From: a virus | DNA: 64,000 nt | IMG/VR virus record: IMGVR_UViG_3300019360_000002 | Location: 1 to 64,000 of that record | Direction: 5' to 3' (one strand) | Shown here: positions 1 to 10,172 of the stretch, piece by piece | How positions within the stretch are numbered: position 1 is the first letter of the stretch | Layout of the letters: the number at the start of each line of letters is the position of its first letter | Notes under the pieces: model-generated | Database searches by the model: none | Seen by the model: the letters and a program-made list of their open reading frames with translations, nothing else | Told to the model about the DNA's origin: nothing | Translations under genes and position numbers: made by a program

Positions 1-247
1 ACCCTCCGGTGCGGTAAGGGTTCTCGGAGGGGGTTTCGTCCTTGACGGAGATGAAGATGATGCCTGCTTCCATGTGCGCAGCGCACTCGTCGCACGGCTT
101 CTTGTCGAACACAGCCGCGCGAGGCGCCTCCGCGTCACCGGGCAACGCACCCAATAAGGCAACGCCCTTGCCTTTGGGATTGTTGCAGTAGAAGCAGATC
201 ATGACGGAAGGGTTGACACCGTGTTTGTTCGACAGTCGGATTCCCAT
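1..247 (-). CDS. Hypothetical phage protein with CxxC pairs (truncated by the window edge)
   Basis: Minus-strand ATG at 247 reads MGIRLSNKHGVNPSVMICFYC...KPCDEC and is open to position 1. Confidence 0.6.
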   Translation of the reverse strand, partial: MGIRLSNKHGVNPSVMICFYCNNPKGKGVALLGALPGDAEAPRAAVFDKKPCDECAAHMEAGIIFISVKDETPSENPYRTGG

Positions 248-252
248 GGTTC

Positions 253-543
253 CTACTCCTTCGACTCGATGTGCGTCTCGGGATCGGTCTGATCCAGATA
301 GTTGTCCATGAAGTCCTTGACGCGCTTCGCGAAGTCGCGCCGCGCCTCGATCTCGGCGTTTGAGTTCTCCCCCATCGGGAAGTAGTGTCCGTAGTGGTAC
401 CCGTGATCTTGCTCGTTGTGCAGCCAGGTGACCCACTCCGTGCGAGAAGGGTCGTCCGGGTTGCTGCGCAGGGCGAGCACCACGGACAGGTGCGCGTCGC
501 CGTTGTGCGGCAGGTTGGCTTTCAGGATAATGGTGCGCGGCAT
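253..543 (-). CDS. Hypothetical protein
   Basis: 96-aa ORF with GGAG RBS, co-oriented with the upstream gene. Confidence 0.6.
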   Translation of the reverse strand: MPRTIILKANLPHNGDAHLSVVLALRSNPDDPSRTEWVTWLHNEQDHGYHYGHYFPMGENSNAEIEARRDFAKRVKDFMDNYLDQTDPETHIESKE

Positions 544-1034
544 TTGGTCTCCTACAGGCAGATGCGTGACACGTGCGGTACCCCTCGCGACGGAGTTGCT
601 TGCGACCCGGCGGCCCGCCTAGAGGTTGACCAATTCTCAGCACACAGCCATCCCGGCCGGATAGAGCAGCGTGCGCCCCGCATGGTGCGGGTCACGACGG
701 CGCTGAATCAGCCCGGCACGGACAGCGCGATTAACGATCGCGTATCCGTAGTAGAGCCGCAGGGCCCGACGATGCGAGCGACTGCCATGGGATGGATGCC
801 GTCTGGATGCCTCGCGACAATTTCTGCAGCCTCGTACATACGAGGCGCGTTTCTTGGAGTGGGTCGTCTCTTTTCCCTCATCGTCGTGTCCCCCTTGTCG
901 AGAAGTTCATTGTTCGGGATCAGTCTGATCCAGATAGTTGTCCCTTGCGAGCCGAAAACGCAAAACGGCGCGCAGGGCATTATGCCCCGCACGCCGCTTG
1001 TTGCGTGTGTGTCCCTGCTAGCTGCTTGTCGCGC

Positions 1035-1505
1035 CTAGCGCGGCGTGCGTCCCCTACGCGCGCGACGTTGCGCGGCACGCTTGGCACGCTTAACCGCCTT
1101 GGCGCGGCGTGCGTCCCCGGACGCTAGCGCAGCCTCCACGCACCAGGCCCGGCCAGACACCCGGGGACAGTCGATCGCATCGGCGGGTGCCCCCCGGGGT
1201 AGCGACGGCAGTCCGCGCCACTGTCCCCGGGCAAGCGTACCCGCACGGGTCGCGGAATCCCGGCCACGTGCGTACGGGGTTACCGGAGTCGGGGTGTGTA
1301 GCATGGCCACAAACCCCGGCCAGCCTTCGCACCAGGCCCGAAACTCGCGCCACTCAGGCCCGGTACGCACGGGGGAGTGGCCACGACTCGCAAGCACGGT
1401 GTACAGCGTGGCCCGAATCTCGCTATGCTCGTCGGTGACACCGACGGACACACGACGCCACAGGCGCGTGGTCACGAGTAGGGACGGGTAGCGGGGTGTG
1501 GTCAT
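1035..1505 (-). CDS. Hypothetical protein
   Basis: 156-aa ORF with a basic C-terminus; weak support. Confidence 0.35.
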   Translation of the reverse strand: MTTPRYPSLLVTTRLWRRVSVGVTDEHSEIRATLYTVLASRGHSPVRTGPEWREFRAWCEGWPGFVAMLHTPTPVTPYARGRDSATRAGTLARGQWRGLPSLPRGAPADAIDCPRVSGRAWCVEAALASGDARRAKAVKRAKRAAQRRARRGRTPR

Positions 1506-1561
1506 GGCAACGGCACGTGCCGCAAGCTGGCGCTTGCGGCACGTACCAGGTCGCGACCGTG

Positions 1562-1972
1562 CTACTTGCGCGGCGTGGTGGCCGTGGTCCGCGCCTGGTG
1601 CAGCGTGAACCCGCAGTCCGTGAGAGCGTTCACCAGGGCGGCGCGGTAGACGCTGGCCGCCTGGCGCACCTGCTTGTCCGTGCTGGCGGTGAGGTCGGCC
1701 ACCAGGCCGATGGCCTGGACCTCGCGCAGCCGGTCCAGGGCGTGCTGGGGCACCTGCACGGACACGGGACCGAGCGCGTCACGGGTCACGGGCACCATGG
1801 CGGTGCGGGCGCGGTGCGCCGACGCCTCCGCCCGGGTCTCGTCGGGGGTGGGGTCCTGTGCGGGGGCGGGCTTGCGCGGCTTGCGCTGCGCGGGGGCGGG
1901 CTTGCTGGCCAGGTGCTCGGCCAGGGTGCCGGTGAGGAGAGGGGTACCGTTCGTGCCGTTGTCCTTGTCCAT
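1562..1972 (-). CDS. Hypothetical protein
   Basis: GGAGG RBS before MDKDNGT; typical GC3-rich codons. Confidence 0.55.
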   Translation of the reverse strand: MDKDNGTNGTPLLTGTLAEHLASKPAPAQRKPRKPAPAQDPTPDETRAEASAHRARTAMVPVTRDALGPVSVQVPQHALDRLREVQAIGLVADLTASTDKQVRQAASVYRAALVNALTDCGFTLHQARTTATTPRK

Positions 1973-2564
1973 GATTGCCTCCAGTGGTGCGCCCTGGCAT
2001 GAGCACGAGACGGCGACGGGCGCAGTGGTGGCACTGTCTCGTGGGCGGGCTGTATGTGCTGGCCCCGTCCCGCCTAGCGGGGCCAGCAGGCGGGCGGTAG
2101 CCCTGCCTATGTCGTGGCCCCCGGCACCATGCCAGGGGTCTTGCGAATCGCAACCGGCCAGCGACGGCCGATCGCCTGCCAGACGCGATAGGCTCGCGCC
2201 TGGCAGGCGATCGGCGCGATCGGCGCCGAATCCCGGCACGCCGCGATCGGCTCGCCAGACGCGAGCCTATCGCAGCCCTGCCCGGCAACGCGAGACGCGC
2301 CACGCGCGCCAGCCGGGGGGCCGAGGCGATTGACGCGGTGCGTTGCCGGAAGGGGAGCCATCCAACCCCGGGTTACGCAAGACTCGTGCCGGGGAAAAAT
2401 CCCAATGATTTCGCGGGGGTGTCCGGGGAAAAGCGCTACTTTTTGCGGGGTTTGGCTGTGGATAAGCTGTGAAGGCCGGGGACAAAACCAAGGGGTTCCG
2501 GGCGCTTACGGCGACTCTGCAAGAATTGCGAGCCACAATTCCGGTACGCAATTTTTGCAGAGCG

Positions 2565-2668
2565 GCCTGGTGCGCCTGGTGCCGGCTCCAGGCTATACTG
2601 AACGCCTGTGCATGTAGGCGATTCGGCCGGGTGCCTGGTGCGCCTGGTGCCGGATCGGCCTGGTGCCG
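2565..2668. repeat. GCCTGGTGC direct-repeat cluster in a divergent intergenic region
   Basis: GCCTGGTGCGCCTGGTGCCGG at 2565-2585 and 2633-2653, plus GGCCTGGTGCCG at 2657-2668. Confidence 0.6.
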
Positions 2669-2936
2669 TGCGCCCGGTGCTGTGGGATCGCGCGTGCTGG
2701 CCAGCCGCGCGCCTCGCGCACCAGGGATCGCACGTGATCGCTGTGCGCGCAGTCCGGGGCATGACCAGGAGCCCGGCAGGTTTCACCCCTTTCTGAAACC
2801 TCAGAAGCTTCAAAACTTTCTGTACGTTTTGAGCTTGCTGATTGTTCGGAGCGGACTTACCCTGCCAGCCACACCGTCGAATCACTGTCGAACACAAGGC
2901 GAACACGAAGCGAATTCACCAGGGGAGGTGATCACC

Positions 2937-3563
2937 GTGCCGAAGCTCATCGAAGACGACGACAAGGAAGAGAACCTGAGCAACTTCGACGACTTCGAGC
3001 CCGGCAAGCTGCCGCCCGAGGTGACGGCGCCGCCGTCGATGGACGGCAAGGTGCCACGGCTTCCGCTCGCGCCCGCGATCCCGCTTCCGCCAGCGGTGCC
3101 CGAGCACTTCGTCTGCCTCCGTGGCCCGTGCAAGCACTATCTGGAGATTCGGAGCCCGGCCGAGCTAGAGAACCGAGGCGTCGGCTACCTGCCCGAGCAG
3201 ATAAGCCGCTACTGCCGGGCGATCTCAGGCGCCGTTCTCGCGCTCGATGACGATGCCGTGTTCGGGTGCTCCGAGTGGGATCCGAGGACCGAGGACTACA
3301 CGCTCAAGCAGCGCCGCGAACAGTACATGAAGGCGAATCCGGCATGCAGCACCGCCGATGCCGAGCGCATCCGCACCCGCGAAGAGGTCATTGCGAAGCG
3401 CAACGCCGAGGCCGACGCCCGCGAGGCCGAGCAGCGCGCCGCCATCGCGGCAGCCGAAGCCAAGGCCAAGACCGACGCGGCGGACCCCGTGGTTCAGGCC
3501 GCCGCAGTCGACGAGTGGGCCGCACCGGACACCAACACTACAAAGGAGAACGGCAATGCCTGA
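2937..3563 (+). CDS. Hypothetical protein (Cys-containing central domain, helical C-terminus)
   Basis: GGAGGTG RBS and GTG start (VPKLIEDDD); CLRGPCKHY...YC...GCSEW. Confidence 0.7.
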   Translation: MPKLIEDDDKEENLSNFDDFEPGKLPPEVTAPPSMDGKVPRLPLAPAIPLPPAVPEHFVCLRGPCKHYLEIRSPAELENRGVGYLPEQISRYCRAISGAVLALDDDAVFGCSEWDPRTEDYTLKQRREQYMKANPACSTADAERIRTREEVIAKRNAEADAREAEQRAAIAAAEAKAKTDAADPVVQAAAVDEWAAPDTNTTKENGNA

Positions 3564-4143
3564 CCTGGAAATGACGTACGACGATCTGGTCAAGGAGATC
3601 GAGAAGGCCGCCAAGCGAACGGGCAAGGCCACCTTCATCGAAGCCAAGACCGAGTTCTCTCAGGAGACCTACCCCATCCTGTCGGCGGTGGTCGAGTTCT
3701 TCGGCGATCGTCTGGAGCGGAACGAGCGCGCCATCGCCGAGATCATCGACCAGACCGAGAGCTTCATCCAGCCCGAGCTGGCCGATCAGATCCACGGTCT
3801 CATCGACGTGGGCCGACAGCTAGCCGCCATGGTGGTCAAGCTCCGGGTGGGCAACCTCGATGGCCGGACACTCAAGGTCCTCCAGCAGGCCGCCGCTGCG
3901 TTCATGACTGCCGCCAACATGACCGAGGAGTCGGTCGCGAACGTCACGGTCGAAGTGCAGCCCGAGGAGCCCGAAGGCGAGGAGGGGGACGAAGGCGAGG
4001 AGCCCGAAGGCGACGAGGAGGGTGAGGAGGAGCCCGTCGAGGCCAAGGGCGACGGCATGATCGAGGTTCCGCTGCCGGACGCTCCGCCCAAGCCCGAGGA
4101 GCCCGCCGCACCCGCTGCGCCGCCGGCCGAGGGCGGCCAGTGA
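3556..4143 (+). CDS. Hypothetical helical protein with acidic tail
   Basis: AAGGAG RBS before MPDLEM; E/D/P-rich C-terminus. Confidence 0.75.
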   Translation: MPDLEMTYDDLVKEIEKAAKRTGKATFIEAKTEFSQETYPILSAVVEFFGDRLERNERAIAEIIDQTESFIQPELADQIHGLIDVGRQLAAMVVKLRVGNLDGRTLKVLQQAAAAFMTAANMTEESVANVTVEVQPEEPEGEEGDEGEEPEGDEEGEEEPVEAKGDGMIEVPLPDAPPKPEEPAAPAAPPAEGGQ

Positions 4144-5783
4144 GCCCGCCCGTGGAAGGGGCGAGCGAGCTGGACGAGGGGATGGACGACACGCCTCCTC
4201 CGCCGCAGCAGAAGCGCAAGCAACCGCAGCAGCAAGCGCCGCGCGAAGAGGTGTCGAGCACCGCCGAGGCGATGTCCCAGCAGGACGAGCGGTCGGTGTA
4301 CGAGTTTCTCACCGACCTGGGCACCGGGGCCAACCTCAAGATCAAGCTCATCCGCGTGTCGCCGAGCACGTGGCTTGGGCACAACATCAAGGGGCACCTC
4401 GACGAGTTCGACGCGCCGTTCACCGAGAAGGAGGTGTTCAACCGCTTCGGTGGCGGCAAGTACATGATCCGTACCTGGAAGCCGGGCGCACGCGGCAACC
4501 TCGTCTACTCCGGCACCAAGACCTTCGAGGTTGCCGGCGACCCGAAGGTGACTGGCGAGCTGACCCACGACGACGGCAAGGACACGCCGGTCACACCCCT
4601 CGAAGGTCCGGCAACGGTCCGTGCCATGGGCATGATGGAGCGCCAGGCCGAAGAGGAGCGCAAGCGCGCCGAGCGGTTCGAGAACGAAGCAAGGCAGAAC
4701 CGAAACGCCGGCCCGGACATGAACATGATCAACGCCGCGCTCACCCCGCTGCGTGACCAGATCAAGGCGATGAATGACCAGCTCATCGCCAACCAGAAGA
4801 TCATCTCGGACAAGGACGCGAAGATCCTGGAGCTTGTGACTCGCAAGCCGGAGTCCACGTTTCAGGACAAGCTCCTCGACAAGATGGTCGACGGCGAGAG
4901 CGCCCGCATCGAGTCCTTGCGCGAGAACCACGCCAGCGAGCTGCGCCAGCTCCGCGAGACGAACGCAAGCGACCTGAAGTCTGCTCGCGAGCACGCCCAG
5001 GACGAGCTGCGCCAGCGCGAGACCGTCCACACGCGCGAGATCGAGAACCTGAACCGGTCAATCGCCTCGACCACGGACGCGCTCAAGCTGTCGTACGAGG
5101 GGCGCATCGACGCGTTCAAGAGTCGTATCTCCGACCTGGAGCAAAGACTCACCCAGCAGGGCGCCGAGCTGGGTTCACTGCGCGACAAGAAGGACAAGGG
5201 CCTCATCGAGCAGATGGAGGAGATGGCGACGGTCAAGAACGCCATGGAAGCCCTCGGCATGGCCGGCGGACAAGAGCAAGGATCGGTCCTCGAACGCATC
5301 GCCATGGGCGTGCTCGACAGCCCGATCCTGAAGGCGGTCGCTACCCGTGTCGAACAGGCTCCGACCGCGCCTCCGCCCCCGCAGCGGCGCCGTCGAGCCC
5401 CGCCCCGCGAGCAGCAGCAGACCGTGAACGTGCCGCAGCAGCCGCCGGCTGAAGGAGCGCCACCGGCCGAAGGCCAACCGGGTCAGCCGGTCGGGCAGAT
5501 GGTTCCGGCCAAGAAGACCATCAAGATCAACCCAGCGGACGTGAAGATCGCCGTGAACCTGCTCGAAGGCGCCTTCAAGAACGGCACCGATCCCACGGTG
5601 TTCGCCGAGTCGGCGCGCAGCATGGTGCCCGGCGACATCCTGGGCGTGGTCAAGCAGATCGGGGTGGACGCGTTCCTAAAGGACGTGGCCCAGCTCGATA
5701 GCTCAAGTCCCCTCGCCACCATGGGCGGCAGGAATTTCCTGCGCAAGGTGGTCAAGTACCTCACCGAAGGCGTGACCGAGTAG
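4140..5783 (+). CDS. Large coiled-coil protein (possible assembly factor)
   Basis: 547 aa, GTGA-coupled start, long E/R/K/L/Q heptad region; no Walker A motif seen. Confidence 0.7.
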   Translation: MSPPVEGASELDEGMDDTPPPPQQKRKQPQQQAPREEVSSTAEAMSQQDERSVYEFLTDLGTGANLKIKLIRVSPSTWLGHNIKGHLDEFDAPFTEKEVFNRFGGGKYMIRTWKPGARGNLVYSGTKTFEVAGDPKVTGELTHDDGKDTPVTPLEGPATVRAMGMMERQAEEERKRAERFENEARQNRNAGPDMNMINAALTPLRDQIKAMNDQLIANQKIISDKDAKILELVTRKPESTFQDKLLDKMVDGESARIESLRENHASELRQLRETNASDLKSAREHAQDELRQRETVHTREIENLNRSIASTTDALKLSYEGRIDAFKSRISDLEQRLTQQGAELGSLRDKKDKGLIEQMEEMATVKNAMEALGMAGGQEQGSVLERIAMGVLDSPILKAVATRVEQAPTAPPPPQRRRRAPPREQQQTVNVPQQPPAEGAPPAEGQPGQPVGQMVPAKKTIKINPADVKIAVNLLEGAFKNGTDPTVFAESARSMVPGDILGVVKQIGVDAFLKDVAQLDSSSPLATMGGRNFLRKVVKYLTEGVTE

Positions 5784-5808
5784 CCAGCTCTCAACCAAGG
5801 AGAACACC

Positions 5809-6195
5809 ATGATCGACGGCTTCCGTATCGAGATGACGACCAGCGACCTCCAGAAGCACTGCATCGCCAAGTCCGAGGAGCACACCAAGCTCGCGGGCGA
5901 GTGCGAGACCCAGATCGCCAAGCGTGTCGAGGCCCGCAAGCAGGGCACCGAAGAAGGTGACCACGTCTACCACCGTATGTTCGAGTGGGACGACATCACC
6001 AAGCTGGGCATGCCGGAGCTGAAGACGCTCCAGACCATGCACAAGGAGCGCGCCAAGTACCTGGCGTTCGTCGCCGCCCATCTGCCGGCGAACGAGGTGC
6101 ACCGCCTGGGTCGCGAGGACCAGTTCGAGCTGGAGATGATCGGCACCTTCGTGCAGCGACTCACCGCGTGCGGCGGACGGCCGGAGGTGTTCTGA
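5809..6195 (+). CDS. Hypothetical protein
   Basis: AAGGAG RBS, 128 aa. Confidence 0.65.
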   Translation: MIDGFRIEMTTSDLQKHCIAKSEEHTKLAGECETQIAKRVEARKQGTEEGDHVYHRMFEWDDITKLGMPELKTLQTMHKERAKYLAFVAAHLPANEVHRLGREDQFELEMIGTFVQRLTACGGRPEVF

Positions 6196-6485
6196 TGGGC
6201 GACACAAGGAAGGATGCACAGCTCGGACCGTTCACCGACAAGTCGGTGACCAAGTTCGAGTTCTCACCGATCACGGTCACCGTCACCAAGGCGCGTGACG
6301 CAAGCCACGTTCCACCGGACGACGACTGCGGGTGCGGCAAGGAGGCAACGCTCGACAGCAGCATGATGGAGGCCGTCAAGCGGATGGGCGCGATCATCAT
6401 CGAGCACCTCCAGAAGATCCGCGCGCACCAGGAGAGCACGGCCTACGTGGACCCGCCGCCCCCGGCCGATCCGTCGCACTCGTAG
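6195..6485 (+). CDS. Hypothetical protein
   Basis: TGATG-coupled start MGDTRKD. Confidence 0.55.
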   Translation: MGDTRKDAQLGPFTDKSVTKFEFSPITVTVTKARDASHVPPDDDCGCGKEATLDSSMMEAVKRMGAIIIEHLQKIRAHQESTAYVDPPPPADPSHS

Positions 6486-6582
6486 CCACTTGCGCATCGC
6501 AAGACCCATCTGATACACTCCTTTAGTCTACCTCTCCGGTAGAAGCCGCCTGGTTCTGCGTAGCGTTGACGACAGCCGAATT

Positions 6583-8076
6583 TTGAAGCTGCCCTATCGT
6601 GGAGCGCCCCAAACGGTGGACGTGATCCGCGATGCTGCGCTCAAATCGCAGGACATCTACACGACACGCCTCATGGCCGAGGAGATCTGCGGCGACCTTC
6701 GGTCCAAGGACTATCTATCGGAGATTCTTGCCATCGACAACTTCGTCTGGTGTAACACCCGCTACATGCGCGACCCGCGCACGGTGGAGCTGGTGCAGGC
6801 GCCATACCTCATCACCGAGCAGCTCAAGGCCGGTAAGACGCCTCAGATCGACTGCTTACCGCAAGGAACGCTCCTGTTACAAGATGATATGTCGCTCGTC
6901 CCCATCGAGCGTGTGCGCCCTGGCATGCGGATATTCGGCAAGGATAGGTGGTCCGAAGTTGGCGCCGTAGCTTATAAAGGCGTGCTTCCGGTTTCTCATG
7001 TAAAGATGAACAACGGCTCATACTTCCGGGCCACCCAAGACCACATGGTTTACATCGGGTTATGCCCGAAGCACGAACACTTAAATGAAAAGTGTTACGC
7101 GGGAGCAGACACTAAACCGTGCGCGTGTTCTGATCTGTCGTGGGAGAGAGTTCGTGTGGGTGCCCTCAAGCCGCGCATGAGGTTGCTTTCACCAGACCGT
7201 ATACCTTTCGGTCAGGAGGAGATGGACCCTCGCCGTGCTTTGATTGACGGATACTACCTATCTGATGGTTGGTGTCAGGGGGCGTCTCTTAACATTTCCG
7301 GCCAAGACGGGTGCCCAAAGGAGGAGCAGAAGCGCGAGGTTGAGCGCATCTGCGACGAACTCGGCATAGCCACGACTTGGTACAGAAAAAGCATTTCGAT
7401 ACGTGATCTGGAGTGGGCCGGGCGCGCAGCCGCGATGGGTCACAAGGCACCAAACAAGCACGCCCTTTCCATCAATCTTTCCGAAGGCGCTGCGCGTGAA
7501 TTGTTGCGCGGCATCATGGCGGATAGTGGCGCCAACACCCATGGTTACGGTCGTACATTTACTTCCACCTCTAGGCAACTGCACCTCCAAACCCGGGTGC
7601 TGCACAAGATGTTCGGGGTGGTGTGCAGCGAGCAATACATCGTCGACCACGGCGGGCTCGGAGAAAACCCGATCTGGCGACTGGGTGTGCGTCAAACCGA
7701 TAGGAGCGATGGAAAAGCGGCAAAAGCCCTTCGTGTCAAAGAAACTCATCACGAAATAACCGAAGCTCCGGTCTACGACATCACCACCGATGACCACTAC
7801 GTGTATCTACCGTCGGCCGATGTCACCGTTAGCAACTGCGACGACATGGCCGGCTACATCTCGTCGCTTCTGCTCTCGGTGGGTTGCGAGACGCGAGTGG
7901 TCACCGTAGCTTTTCGGCACATGTTCTACGCCGGCAGGCGCCAGTTCTCGCATGTGTTTGCTCAGGGCAAGGAGCCCAAGTCTGGAACCTGGATCACCTG
8001 CGACCCGGTTGCGGGCGTGGACACCGACAAGATGCTTCGTCGCGTTGTGGCTGCCAAGGTTTGGCCCATCGCATAA
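6583..8076 (+). CDS. Transglutaminase-like (papain-fold) cysteine protease, intein-containing; putative maturation protease
   Basis: Removing the intein gives ~169 aa with RYMRDP...ID-CDD...FSHVF...WITCDP, a Cys-His-Asp triad. Confidence 0.8.
   Translation: MKLPYRGAPQTVDVIRDAALKSQDIYTTRLMAEEICGDLRSKDYLSEILAIDNFVWCNTRYMRDPRTVELVQAPYLITEQLKAGKTPQIDCLPQGTLLLQDDMSLVPIERVRPGMRIFGKDRWSEVGAVAYKGVLPVSHVKMNNGSYFRATQDHMVYIGLCPKHEHLNEKCYAGADTKPCACSDLSWERVRVGALKPRMRLLSPDRIPFGQEEMDPRRALIDGYYLSDGWCQGASLNISGQDGCPKEEQKREVERICDELGIATTWYRKSISIRDLEWAGRAAAMGHKAPNKHALSINLSEGAARELLRGIMADSGANTHGYGRTFTSTSRQLHLQTRVLHKMFGVVCSEQYIVDHGGLGENPIWRLGVRQTDRSDGKAAKALRVKETHHEITEAPVYDITTDDHYVYLPSADVTVSNCDDMAGYISSLLLSVGCETRVVTVAFRHMFYAGRRQFSHVFAQGKEPKSGTWITCDPVAGVDTDKMLRRVVAAKVWPIA
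6853..7836 (+). mobile_element. Intein (328 aa) with LAGLIDADG-type endonuclease domain
   Basis: Block A CLPQGT, block B ATQDH, endonuclease motifs LIDGYYLSDG and LLRGIMADSG, block F VYDITT, C-terminal SN|C; lower GC than its flanks. Confidence 0.92.
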
Positions 8077-8086
8077 GGAGAACCCC

Positions 8087-9046
8087 ATGGCTCGTCTTCG
8101 GCCCTCACATCCGTGGAACCCCGGCTACTCGATCCCCAAGAACGTGCTCGACGAGCCGTATGGCCAGGGTGTGATCGTCACCAAGCAGGCCAAGCGTGGC
8201 ACCATCTCGGCGCTCCAGCCCGAGTGGCTCGTCGACGGTGCCGGCGCCCCACCGCCCGCCGCACCGCTCGGCTCGCTCGGGTGTGCCCACGGCAACGGGT
8301 CACTCGGCGGGGCGACGATCAAGGGCAACTCGCTCCGCTCCGGCTCACTCGGCAGCTTGTCGGGCACATCGCTCGGCGCCAAGGGCGCAAACGGCGTAGA
8401 GGTCGGCGGCATGTCCGATCCCATCGCCAATTTCGGTCGCCAGGGTGCCGCGCTCATCATGAGCGAGGTGAAGTACCTGAAGGAGTCGGATCGCGTGGCG
8501 GCGATGCGCCACATCCTCGACTCCATCGACCCGCAACTCTTCGACATGGTGGCCAAGCGCGCCGAGGCGCTCGGCAAAAGCGGCGTCGTTCCGCGCGTCG
8601 CGATGGAGCGGGCACTCGCCGCCTCGCTCGCGGGCCGCTACCTGGAGCAGCTCGTGAAGATGGGCAAGACCGGTGCACCGCCCACCTTCGGCGTTCTCGG
8701 TCTCGGCCTCGGCACCGTCGACCCGGAGGGCCTGGGCGGCTTTTTCGCCGACGTGTGGGGCGGCATCAAAAAGGGCGCTGGCGCGGTCGGCTCAGCTGCC
8801 AAGACCGTCGGCAAGGGCATCGGCAAGCTCGCCTGCAAGGCGGCCGGCAACCCCGGCACATCTATCGCGGCAGGTGCGGCCGGCGGACCAGCGGGCGCGA
8901 CCGGTGCCCAGCTCGCCTCCGAGCTGTGTGGTGGCGGCACCCAGTCCGGTGGCGGCTACGTTCCGCCTCCGGCGGCACCGTTTCCCATCATGCCGGTTCT
9001 CCTCATCGGCGGCGGGCTGCTCGCCGTACTTGCGCTTCGCAAGTAA
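8087..9046 (+). CDS. Gly-rich virion membrane protein with C-terminal TM and basic tail
   Basis: AAGGAG RBS; repeated GSLG; ends PVLLIGGGLLAVLALRK. Confidence 0.7.
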   Translation: MARLRPSHPWNPGYSIPKNVLDEPYGQGVIVTKQAKRGTISALQPEWLVDGAGAPPPAAPLGSLGCAHGNGSLGGATIKGNSLRSGSLGSLSGTSLGAKGANGVEVGGMSDPIANFGRQGAALIMSEVKYLKESDRVAAMRHILDSIDPQLFDMVAKRAEALGKSGVVPRVAMERALAASLAGRYLEQLVKMGKTGAPPTFGVLGLGLGTVDPEGLGGFFADVWGGIKKGAGAVGSAAKTVGKGIGKLACKAAGNPGTSIAAGAAGGPAGATGAQLASELCGGGTQSGGGYVPPPAAPFPIMPVLLIGGGLLAVLALRK

Positions 9047-9056
9047 AGGAATGACC

Positions 9057-9650
9057 ATGGGTTTCATCCGCGAATCGAAGACCGCGCTCGGCTACCACCG
9101 CCAGGGCTCCCCGTACAAACGCGGCGGCCGGTACGGATCGCTGGGTGACGTGTTCTGCTTAGAAGGGGATTGTCAAGTAGGTGAAATGCTCGTCAATCAG
9201 ATGATCACGTTCTTCGCGCTAGTGGGGCCGCGTACGACGTTTTCGGCTGACCCGGTTCAGTTCAAGAAGAATCTTCTTGAGGCCGCGGCTTTGGGAACAG
9301 CCAAGCAGAAGGCATTCCACGCCAAGTTTGGTCCAGCGTACAGCGAAATCGTTGACGAGTATTTCCGTCTAGAAACCGAAACCACGCTTTTGGGGATCAA
9401 GAAAAAAGACAACCCTTTTAGCGTCAACTGTTGCTCGATCAAGGAGCTGGGTCGTAAGGCACAGACCCTCACTGCACAGGCCCACAGCTTCATGGGGTCG
9501 CAGGCTCCGACACCGACCTTGATCCAAGATCCGTTCGATCCTAGCTCCGGGCTATTTGGCAACGCCTTGAGCGGTGGGATGAGCCTCATCAAGCTTGGCC
9601 TGGTTGCCTTCATCGGCATCACCGCCTACAACGCAGTAAAGAAGGGCTAG
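9057..9650 (+). CDS. Tail-anchored membrane protein
   Basis: RYGSLG motif; ends LIKLGLVAFIGITAYNAVKKG. Confidence 0.65.
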   Translation: MGFIRESKTALGYHRQGSPYKRGGRYGSLGDVFCLEGDCQVGEMLVNQMITFFALVGPRTTFSADPVQFKKNLLEAAALGTAKQKAFHAKFGPAYSEIVDEYFRLETETTLLGIKKKDNPFSVNCCSIKELGRKAQTLTAQAHSFMGSQAPTPTLIQDPFDPSSGLFGNALSGGMSLIKLGLVAFIGITAYNAVKKG

Positions 9651-9653
9651 CCC

Positions 9654-10172
9654 ATGAGTCACGCCAACAGCAGATACGGATCACTCGCCCCGGGGTCACT
9701 CGCCCCGGGGTCGCTTGGCGAGACGGTCTCCTACGCCGGCTCGACCGTAGGCATGCTGCGTGCCGCCGGCATCAACGACACCCAGGCGACGATGGCCGCG
9801 TCCGGCATGTTCTGGACGGTCGGGGAGTCGAACGTCAACGCCCCCGTGACGCAGGTGATCGTGCGAGCGGTACAGCGCATGCTGAATCACCTGTCCGGCC
9901 CAGGCGAGCAACTCTTCGTGGACGGCATCCTGAACAGCGACATGCAGAGGGGCCTACTCAAGCACCTCGGCCCCGGGTTCCCGCAGATGACCTGGGCCGG
10001 CGTGTTCGCGTCGCTTCGGAACAAGCTCGCCCAGAAGAAGAGCGACTTCATCCTGAACGAGGAGCCCGACCTCATGCCGATGGGCGACTTCGGTGGCGTG
10101 GGTCTCGGCACCCTGCTCATCGGCGGCGGCATTCTCTACCTTCTCTTCGGAAGAAAGGGCAGCAGACGATGA
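9654..10172 (+). CDS. Tail-anchored membrane protein (possible peptidoglycan-binding-like helical domain)
   Basis: RYGSLAPGSLAPGSLG; VRAVQRMLN...LFVDGI; ends LLIGGGILYLLFGRKGSRR. Confidence 0.65.
   Translation: MSHANSRYGSLAPGSLAPGSLGETVSYAGSTVGMLRAAGINDTQATMAASGMFWTVGESNVNAPVTQVIVRAVQRMLNHLSGPGEQLFVDGILNSDMQRGLLKHLGPGFPQMTWAGVFASLRNKLAQKKSDFILNEEPDLMPMGDFGGVGLGTLLIGGGILYLLFGRKGSRR

Noticed and set aside
385-2333. Many long overlapping ORFs on both strands (also elsewhere, e.g. 3786-5030, 12861-14279, 33222-34724, 34738-35940)
   Set aside because: Shadow ORFs typical of high-GC DNA; they are antisense or out of frame to genes with better RBS, coupling and codon bias
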